A DNA stretch of 41,021 nucleotides from Catajapyx aquilonaris (Eukaryota), in the NCBI GenBank assembly GCA_000934665.2, contig KZ538908.1, positions 1 through 41,021 on the forward strand, written 5' to 3'. Position numbers and translations under genes: made by a program. The notes below the pieces were generated by a model that was not told the origin of the DNA, ran no database searches, and was given only the letters and a program-made list of their open reading frames with translations. Below are positions 32,731-41,021 of the stretch, one piece after another. How positions within the stretch are numbered: the first letter of the stretch is position 1; every line of letters begins with the position of its first letter.

Positions 32731-33268
32731 CAGGGTGATTCTCTCGAATGGAAACACAAACATTGATCAATAATTTTTTAACTATGGTATGGTTTCCAAT
32801 GATAATTAACATGTACTTACCTGCTTGTATCATGCCAAACAAGGTCTGACTAAAGAATGTACCAAAAGTGGTCCCCTCCAGCATCCAAGAATGTTTTAAT
32901 CCGAGTCTGCATATTGCCGAAGACTCCTGTAGATTGCCGGCGGCGATCCCATCCATTCCCACCTGCCCGCCTGCTTGGCGAGAGGGCATCTCAAGGCAAT
33001 GGGACCGTGGCCTTGCGATGCCCTCTCGCCAAGCAGGCGGGCGGGTGGGAGTTGAGCCATTCCCGCCGGCAATCTACAGGAGTCTTCGGCAATATGCAGA
33101 CTCGGATTAAAAAATTCTTGGATGCTGGAGGGGACCACTTTTGGTACATTCTTTAGTCAGACCTTGTTTGGCATGATACAAGGTAAGTACATGTTAATTA
33201 TCATTGGAAACCATACCATAGTTAAAAAGTTATTGAGGAATGTTTGGGTTTCAATTCGAATCACCCTG
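32731..33268. mobile_element. 538-bp almost fully palindromic Tc1/mariner-type MITE
   Basis: TA-CAGGGTGATTC...GAATCACCCTG-TA; arms meet near 33005. Confidence 0.9.
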
Positions 33269-34170
33269 TATATATTCCTTCAAGGTAGTCGTCCCTGCAC
33301 TCCGCACTCCATGACCCCTTTCCAGATATGTGGGAGGCATTGGATGCCGTCAGCAGAGTGATGTTTGTTGATATCTGCAGTCACCCGCCCTAATGCATAT
33401 CACTTCAATTCTCTGGATATACGTTTCCTCGCACTGGTTCCTTCATTTTTCCCAACAAAATAATCAAAATCGCAAGGGGTGATGCTTGCAGAATAAGGAG
33501 GGTGCTGTAGTGTTTCCCATTGCCAACGAAGCAATAATTCTCTCACTGCAGCTGCGACATGGCAACGAGATAGGGCAACGCTATAGGGCTGGTCATGGTG
33601 TTCAGGATGTGCAGTTGCTTGCGTCGTATCACAGGTCTCATATGGTGTTCCAAGTCACAGTAGTACTGGGCATTGTCATGGCCTCTCACCACCTTGATCT
33701 TCAACCAAAAGTACTAAATTATAACTTCAATGCCATGGTTTAGGGCGGTGCATGAGGATACCTTGTCACCATCACCAGTAGCACAATCAGGTTCAAACTT
33801 GACACGAACAAGCCCCAAGTCTGTCTGGATCTCCCTATTCTTCTATTCTTGCACAGAAGACACAACCCTGTTTCCGTGTGCAAGGGGAACAGGGTTGCCA
33901 CTATTTAAAATCCAACCCTCGTATAAGGTTAAAGACATTAAAAAATTCCTAGGAGACTTCATCTCCTGCATGTCAGACACGGAGAACTTGTCTGTATGTG
34001 ATATACCTGCTTGTGCTGATCCGTGCGCTGATCCTATACAATGGAGTAGATGTAGTCTAAGATGTTTCTTGCATATTATGAGATGATGTGGTGCATGTCG
34101 TATTTACATCTGTTAACATTAGGGACTGGAACACATATTACTGGGTCAGGTTCAGGTTCCCTACACACTA

Positions 34171-34615
34171 CACTGTAAACCGCAAAACATTAAAAGAGCA
34201 TCCCTGGTGAGTCTCTCATGGAACATCAATTTTTAATGCTCCTCTGCTGCTCTGCTAATGCTCTTGTGGTCCTTTGTAGCAACAAAAAAACATCACAAGA
34301 GCATTAGAAGAGCATTAAAAATTGATGTTCCATTAGAGCAGTGGTTTCCAACTTACCAACTGCAACCCCCTAAATATGGTTCCATAAATGTGCGACCNCC
34401 CCCCCCCCCGCCCGGGCCCCTTCTACACATTTCCAGAAAACATACATTTCTGTACGGCCGCAAAAATGATTCAATTTACACAGAAATTGCAAAAAAAAAA
34501 AAGTTCAACAAAGGCTCGCGACCCCCCCGCGACCCTGCCCGCAACCCCCAGGTTGGAAACCACTGCATTAGAGACTCACTGGTGATGCTCTTTTAATGTT
34601 TTGCGGTTTACAATG
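34171..34615. mobile_element. Palindromic MITE (CACTGTAAA termini, TA flanks) interrupted by a hAT MITE
   Basis: cactgtaaaccgcaaaacattaaaagagcatc / gatgctcttttaatgttttgcggtttacaatg. Confidence 0.85.
34339..34565. mobile_element. hAT MITE, 8-bp TSD CATTAGAG
   Basis: TIR CAGTGGTTTCCAAC; perfect TSD. Confidence 0.9.
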
Positions 34616-34895
34616 TACTCATGTAGTGTGACCCATGTAGTCCACGATGGGGCAAAACTAAGAATTAACCAATAATGCCATCAAGTCTCTACTTCGCATT
34701 CCAAGTGCTGTGGAACAGTTGACCAGTCTAGACTTGTCACTCACCATTGCAAATGACAGTAGGCCTACTGTATCATACATGACCAGAAAATGTGCACACC
34801 TGACTCATCTGAATTTATCGAAATGCACACTCTTGACTTAAACCACTGAAACAAGGCAGGCACATGTAAGACCTTCACCAATATTGATTTAGGCT

Positions 34896-35149
34896 ATGTG
34901 GCGGAGTGGTTAGCGCCACAGCCTTCCACCTCTAAGGTCCCGAGTTCGATCCCCAGATGGCGCAGAGTATACTTATGTGGATAGAGTTTCGATGGGTTCT
35001 CTCCGTGTTCTCGTGGGTTTTCTCGGGGTTCTCCTGTTTCCTCCCACCATCAAAATCCATCACAGCAAAGGCAATGATTAAAGATGGTCAATTAAAAGAT
35101 GATCCCCTAAAAAGCCTAAGTTGGGAGGCTTATCACTGGGTATATATAT
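34896..35149 (+). mobile_element. V-domain-like SINE (family B), (TA)n tail, 15-bp TSD
   Basis: A/B boxes; TSD ATATTGATTTAGGCT at 34881-34895 and 35150-35164. Confidence 0.9.
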
Positions 35150-35596
35150 ATATTGATTTAGGCTGTACCATAGGTCTTGCTCAAGTAATTCTGAAGTGTT
35201 GTCCAGAATGGCTCATAAAGAAATTATACTAATTGGAAAAAAATAAAATAAAAACTAAAACCATCCTCACAGACTGATTTTCGCTCTTGAAAATGCAGAA
35301 TCCCATCGAAGGCGACCCTAAAAAATTCACCAAATTACGTCTATACATGAAAATAAAACATTAGTTAAAATCAGTATCTCACCAATCATATATAGAAATT
35401 CAATAAAGGCACTCAATATTGAATTATCTAATTTCAGAAAACAGACTTATATGAAGTGAGTCATGGTACTGTTTTCAGAAAGGATACTTATAAGGATTAA
35501 TTTGGAAATTGCTTAAGTAAAACTTGTGTGGGTGCGCATGGGGNNNNNNNNNNNNGGGGGGTACAGCCTAAACCAATAATTATTATATATATATAG

Positions 35597-35988
35597 TGTG
35601 ACCGGATTTGTCCGGTCATATGTAACAGCGCCATTGTATCATCTAATTTTAGCATGCCCGTACCTGATATATCATGTGACCATCGCCCACTCTAATCTCC
35701 CTCCATCCTGACGCGCACCACGTGCCTCCTATCCGGCCCGTTCCCATCCTGCCTTGCGGCCTCCCCCTTATAAGCGGGTGCGGCTGTGTACTCGAGGCCA
35801 GTGCCCAGGAGAATATCCAGGCACTTGGTGTCTTGGTCGGTCCGCTCCTCTGGACATTCCTCACTCTCTTTCCGTTACCATTCACCCTTTATGGTTTCGT
35901 ACCTATCGCCTCACGAGCCAAATAAAATACTGTACTTGAACATACCCACTGCGTTATTCTTCCGTGTGATCCAACCGCTCGGGTCACA
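35597..35988 (+). mobile_element. Solo LTR (Gypsy-like), 392 bp
   Basis: TGTGACC...GGTCACA termini; 4-bp TSD ATAG; TATA-like cttataag near 35768; AATAAA at 35921. Confidence 0.85.
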
Positions 35989-36496
35989 ATAGAGGTCTTA
36001 TATCTAAAAATGGAAATGTGGGGAACCTTATACCTTGTCCATGGACAGACACCTGAATGATCAGCTGAAATACCAAATCATGACATTGGTAATATCTGAT
36101 AAGGTTTGTTGGAGAATGATTTTCTTTTTTCAATTTGAAATATTTTCTTATTACAATTATTATTGTGCGTAAACAGCATCAGCTTTCACACTTAAAAATT
36201 ACCAACTCAAATATCTACGAGGGCCGTTCCAAAATGATTTACAATTATTTTTTTGCCACAGACACAGTGCCCATGCAGGTTGGAAAATAGGCACACATTA
36301 TAGATAGGATCCTCCAGGAGCAGAATTCACTGGCACTGGCACTGGTCAACCTCTCCAGGCCCTCCAGGAACCACTTTTTGGTGGTGCGTCGCACCTACTC
36401 CCGGACAACTCTACAACAGTCAACAATGTCCTAGAAATGGCATCGGCGAAGGGACTTTGTAAATATATTCGAACAGATGAAAGTCACTGGAGGCTG

Positions 36497-36720
36497 GAGG
36501 CATGGTGGTCTAGTGGCTATTCTACTGGCCAGCCAAGCGGGAGGTCCGGGGTTCAAATCCCGTCCGCGTCAGGCAGTCAACAGCAGTCACCTTCGCTTGG
36601 GCCGGTCTTTTTCTGCTTTTCACCCAACACGTCCGGGCAGAATTGCACTCCCTCCTCTGCCAAGGGCCAAGAGAAAAGGTCTGGTAAATTTAAGATGGTC
36701 AGAAATGACTACTTAAGAGC
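36497..36720 (+). mobile_element. tRNA-Gly(GCC)-like-headed SINE (family D)
   Basis: gcatggtggtctagtggct...gccagccaagcgggaggtccggggttcaaatccc resembles tRNA-Gly but lacks a closing acceptor stem. Confidence 0.65.
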
Positions 36721-36780
36721 GCCCTCCCTTGGGAACCTCCCCTCCCCACCCCCTGGCCCTATCACGAGGTATTACAAACT

Positions 36781-37089
36781 AGGTGAATTCGTTTTATGGC
36801 TGAGTGTAGCAATAGTGTAGCAAAAGTGTAGCTCCAGCGAGAGTTCTGCATTCGTTTATGACGAAGCTGCTCTAAAGGGGCGGGGCTTGGCGTAGCACTG
36901 CATTCGTTTATCCCAGTGCAAGGGTCGGGTGTAGCGCGAGTGTAGCTCTGGCCTGCACGCTCGTTCGGGAGGGTGCAAGTGGTGTAGCAGTGGGTGTAGC
37001 TCCTCTTCCACTGTGACGTTTCACACACGTGACCAGGCTGCGCTAGAGCTACACTCCAGTGCTACACTCAGCCATAAACGAATTCACCT
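36781..37089. mobile_element. MITE with 3-bp TSD ACT and GTGTAGC subterminal repeats (Harbinger-like)
   Basis: AGGTGAATTCGTTT(T)ATGGCTGAGTGTAGCA inverted at both ends. Confidence 0.8.
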
Positions 37090-37904
37090 ACTAACTAACT
37101 AACTAACAAAGTTACTGGAGGCCAGGGCAGGGGAGTACGGTGGGTGTGGAAACACTCAAAGCAAGATCCATGAAAAAATCCCTTCGCCGTTAACATTTTA
37201 AGGACATTGTTGATAGTTGCTGACTGAAAAGTCGTCCTGTAGTAGGTGGGTCGCACCTCCAAAAAGTGGTTCCTGGGAGGCCTGGAGAAGTTGTCACACC
37301 CGTGACTCCTGTGCATTTGGCTCCAGGAGGGTTCTGTCGATAGTGTGTGCACATTTGCCGACCTGCATGGGCCCTGTATTTTCGGCAAAAAAATAAATTG
37401 TAAATCATTTTGGTACTGCCCTCGTATTATACCTTGTATATAACAGTAAAATTTCATTAATGTGTTTTGCTAAATTAAATGGTAGACTCAATATTAGTCC
37501 CAATTCCAAAGGGAATCTTTATGGAGTCCGTGCAGGCAAGATCTGCGCTCCTATTGGCTGCTGGGTCATCACAGATCCCCACAGATTGTTGCCTAGGCCT
37601 ATTGAATGTGTTCATCAGTTTCAATGGGAAAATTGCAACGATTCATTCTTTAAGTGCAAGAGGTGTATCAATTTTTCACTCACCTGTGTTTCTTGGAGAC
37701 CATTTTGCATCATCGTGAACTATTTGAAAGCACGACCTATAAACATACCATCACTCTTTCATCATACTGACATGTCTCTGATAAAATGACATGCAGGAGA
37801 TGGAGATGATCTCCTGATAGGCACACTTTTTCTTCTTCTGCTAGATGGTGAGAAGGCACACACGTCCCAGGGCAGCCAAGAACCTTTTCCTTAACTCACT
37901 AGAT

Positions 37905-38171
37905 GGGCTGGCGACACAGTGGCGCAGTGGTTAGTGCCTCAGCCTTCCACCTCGAAGGTCCTGAGTTCGATCCCCGGGGCGGACGGAGGATACTAAAGTG
38001 GATAAGAGGTTCAATGGGTTCTCTCCGTGTTCGCGTGGGTTTTCTCGAGGTTCTCCTGTTTCCTCCCGCAATCAAAATCCATCACAGCAAAGGCAATGAC
38101 TAACGACGGTTCACAAAGATGATCCCTTATCACAGGGTATCCATAATAATAATAATAATAATAATAACAAC

Positions 38172-38232
<61 letters not shown>

Positions 38233-38250
38233 TATTATTATTATTATAAC
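37905..38250 (+). mobile_element. V-domain-like SINE (family B) with expanded (ATA)n microsatellite tail
   Basis: A box tggcgcagtgg, B box agttcgatccc; same core as 34896. Confidence 0.88.
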
Positions 38251-38347
38251 TTGTGGTTCTCCCGATCATCTCTCCACGACCAAAAAGAAACATTTCTGGA
38301 GTGCTGGTCAAACAATCGCAGAAAAATTCCAGGCGTAACCATGGAGC

Positions 38348-39062
38348 CTACAGAGATGCGTTATCTCCGGGCTGTTTGTGGGGTTACTAAGTTGGATAGG
38401 ATTAGGAATGAGGAGATTTTGGAGAGGTGTAATGTTAAGGAGACTGTTAAAGATAAGGTGTGTAGGTCTACTCTAAGGTGGTTTGGCCATGTGGAGAGGA
38501 TGAAGGAGGAGGAGATTGTGAAGAAGGTTTATTTGGGCGGAGCTGTTGGTAAGAGGGGCAAGGGGAGGTCTAGGAAGACATGGTTGGACCAGGTGGGCCA
38601 GTGTGCTAGTGTTAAGCCGAGATGTTCTTGTGTCAATAGGACCATGGACGTGGCTGAGGCTAGGGTTGTTTGTTTGGATAGGTGTAAATGGCGTAGGTTA
38701 ATTAATGGGTAAATAGGTAAATAGGTCTGAGGGTAAGGCTGCCTTCGCTCCGCTCCGGCGAGTAGAGGGGACGTCCTTGGCAGGGTCGATGAGGTGCAAG
38801 GGTGGTGCCATACACGTCGGCGTGGCCAGGGCGTCCAGAGTAGTGGCTGGTGGCGAGGGGGCTTGATTTGGCGAAGTACCGTATTGCATAGTGTAATATT
38901 TAAATATAATATTCAGTGTCTGTCGTCTGAGAAGGGCAGGGGTGGGATGGGTTGTTAATAGTTTTATTTTCACAAGTTTTAATTTAGTTCATATGTTGGG
39001 TTAGCTTGTGTCTCCCTCGCTGACTACCCCTCACAGGGAAATGCCGTGTTGTTGTTGTTGTT

Positions 39063-39110
<48 letters not shown>
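38348..39110 (+). mobile_element. 5'-truncated RTE-clade LINE (ORF2 C-terminus, 3' UTR, (GTT)n(ATT)n tail)
   Basis: EMRYLRAVCGVTKLDRIRNEEI...LRWFGHVERM...GKRGKGRSRKTWLD...DRCKWR, stop at 38712. Confidence 0.9.
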
Positions 39111-39113
<3 letters not shown>

Positions 39114-39430
39114 CAAACTCACTAGATGGAAGATTCCTTGACATTTTTTGATTATTAAATAATCAATACCATTCCCTCCCTGCATATCATGTAAAAGTGA
39201 GATGCACCTATCACTATAAAGAGATTGCAAAATGTCGCGGTTATTTGTGAGAAAACAGCACCAGAAACTGTCACTCTTAAACATGTGGGTAAATAATTTG
39301 CTGGACACTGTACAAAAAACTCACATCAATTCCATATTGAGATGCTATATTTCCAAATCCAACTTTACAATACCATATTAGATATTATCATACCACCTTG
39401 CATTTCTCTCATTACAAAGTTGATTGACAA

Positions 39431-39690
39431 CCCTTTCTGAACACAAGTATCGTAACGAATATGGGTAACATCTCATACACTTTAAATCTGAATAACAAGA
39501 TCTCCGAATAGAATCACTGATACTTCCTGAGGGCCCTTTCTGAACACAAGTATCACAACAAACATAGATAACATCACACACTTTAAATCCAAATAACAAG
39601 ATTTCCAAATAGATTCATGGGAACTTCCTGAGAGCCCTTTCTGTACACAAATATCACAATGAATACGTGGGTACTTCCTGAGAGCCGGTT
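39431..39690. repeat. ~102-bp tandem repeat, ~2.4 copies
   Basis: ccctttctgWacacaaRtatc recurs near 39431, 39534 and 39635. Confidence 0.8.
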
Positions 39691-39898
39691 TCATGAAGCA
39701 GCTGCCCTGACAACAAAATTAATACTGTATTAGCAGCTGAAGAAACCTAATAGGGAAGTTTGTTAATATCAATTACACAGCTTAATTAAAGAAATTGACT
39801 CAATTTCTTTCCATAACGTGGCCTTATGAAGGTTAGGAAAGTTATACGTCTAAGGGGTGTTCAAATTCAACATAGAGTGAGACAATGTCTCCAGAAGA

Positions 39899-40417
39899 AT
39901 TTGTCTCAGCTGGGTGCTCATGGTACCTCTGAGTAGGCACTTGCATGGCTAATCGTCATGCAGTGTAGTTAGTGCGGGCAGAATGAGTGTAGTAGACAGG
40001 AGAGCATTTGATGCAAGACTCACTGGGCTATGGATTCATCCAATCAGGCACAACTTGCCATCATCCCTTTTCCTCTTCGAGGAACCAGTGGACATCATCC
40101 ATTGGATGCCAAGGGTGTATGGGAATGCCTGTTTCAACCACAAGATTCTCTTCTAAAGGTGTAGGGAATTTCTGGCCAGCCGTGTGTCCGACACACTCTT
40201 GGCATTCAATGGACGATGTCCACTGGTGCAGTGCCTTCCTTGAAGAGGAAACAGTATGATGGCAAGTTTCCCTGATTGGACAAATCCATAGCCCAGGGGG
40301 TCTTGCATTAAATGCTCTCCTGCCCACTGCGCTCATTCTGCCCACTAACTACACTACATGACGATTAGCCATGCAAGTCCTACTCAGAGGTACCACTAGA
40401 ACCCAGCTGAGACAAAT
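39899..40417. mobile_element. ~520-bp imperfect palindrome (foldback MITE)
   Basis: atttgtctcagctgggt...ggtacctctgagtagg / cctactcagaggtacc...acccagctgagacaaat. Confidence 0.82.
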
Positions 40418-40448
40418 AGCAGCTCCAGTTTTAACAAGTTTCTGAATT

Positions 40449-40744
40449 GAGGGTTATGGCGGGAAAATGTGACAACCCTCAAAAGTGTAATTTTTCAGGA
40501 GAGCGAATTGAAGTTTGGAGTCTCTTCACAAATCATAGGGAATGCACGTTTTGATCTCGTCCATGTTGCCGTATCATACATGATATGTGAACTTGGAGTA
40601 TACTAAACTGTTTGTCATGTATTTTACATAGTTTCTCATAAAAGCTCACTGGGTACAATAAACTTGACACATACCTTAGCTTTCAGGTGTACAGGTCAAA
40701 AATGACAAAATTGAGGGTTGTCACATTTTTCCACCAAACCCCTC
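40449..40744. mobile_element. Sola-like MITE, 4-bp TSD AATT
   Basis: GAGGG..aaaatgtgacaaccctcaa inverted at both ends. Confidence 0.78.
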
Positions 40745-40809
40745 AATTAAATCTTAATTGAATAAAAATTAAATTAAATGCACCTGCATTGGTTTCAATC
40801 TTTATATTG

Positions 40810-40920
40810 GGTGGAATTTTCGTTGTATTACTAGTTACTGCTAACTTAGCAGTACCATTGCACTACACTGGTACTGCTAAGTTAGAAGTAACTATAGCAG
40901 TACGACAAAAATGCCACCAA
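40810..40920. mobile_element. Small palindromic MITE
   Basis: ggtgg..tagttactgctaacttagcagtacca / tggtactgctaagttagaagtaacta..ccacc. Confidence 0.7.
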
Positions 40921-41021
40921 TTAATTGTAAAAATACTGTAGGGTGGAATGTCCCTAAAGGATGCCATACTTGTAGGAAGTAGTGGGGGCGTTGATGCAAT
41001 GTAACAGTGTGTGTCATGGGG

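Larger units (their letters stand above)
36218..37424. mobile_element. Old mariner-type MITE with ~240-bp diverged arms, hosting a SINE and another MITE
   Basis: TA-CGAGGGC...GCCCTCG-TA; arms ccaaaatgatttacaatt / aattgtaaatcattttgg. Confidence 0.8.

Noticed and set aside
35271..35317. Possible upstream minus-strand exon (MGFCIFKSENQS) with AG/GT borders
   Set aside because: No homology support, and a better first exon with a CpG-rich promoter exists at 31215-31295.
36500..36575. tRNA-Gly gene (and other tRNA-like heads at 3786, 24249, 34896, 37905)
   Set aside because: The acceptor stems do not close, and the heads continue into SINE bodies and tails.
38119..38347. Poly-Ile/poly-Leu ORF
   Set aside because: Translation of the SINE (ATA)n tail, fortuitously in frame with the RTE fragment.
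39378..39694. ~102-bp repeat as ankyrin or zinc-finger coding repeats
   Set aside because: Unit lengths shift frame, stops are present, and I found no splice signals.

Overview
Eukaryotic (animal, most likely insect/arthropod) draft genomic DNA with small N gaps. The one host gene I can reconstruct is on the minus strand and is mostly invisible in the ORF track. It has 8 coding exons (31295 to 7478) with GT-AG introns and consistent phases, and encodes a ~352-aa stand-alone SRA/YDG (5mC base-flipping reader) protein with none of the UBL/TTD/PHD/RING domains of UHRF1. Its pocket residue equivalent to UHRF1 D469 is Asn, and the NKR finger is lengthened. Most of the rest is transposon-derived: a 5'-truncated RTEX-like LINE, an RTE 3' fragment, about five tRNA-SINE families (including V-domain SINEs), a solo LTR, Helitron-like elements, Tc1/mariner fossils and many near-palindromic MITE/foldback elements (Tc1/mariner, hAT, Harbinger, piggyBac, Sola-like, Academ-like) up to 1.3 kb, often nested. 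A possible ankyrin-repeat exon is cut by the left edge. TE superfamily calls rest on termini, TSDs and remembered motifs, not database searches.
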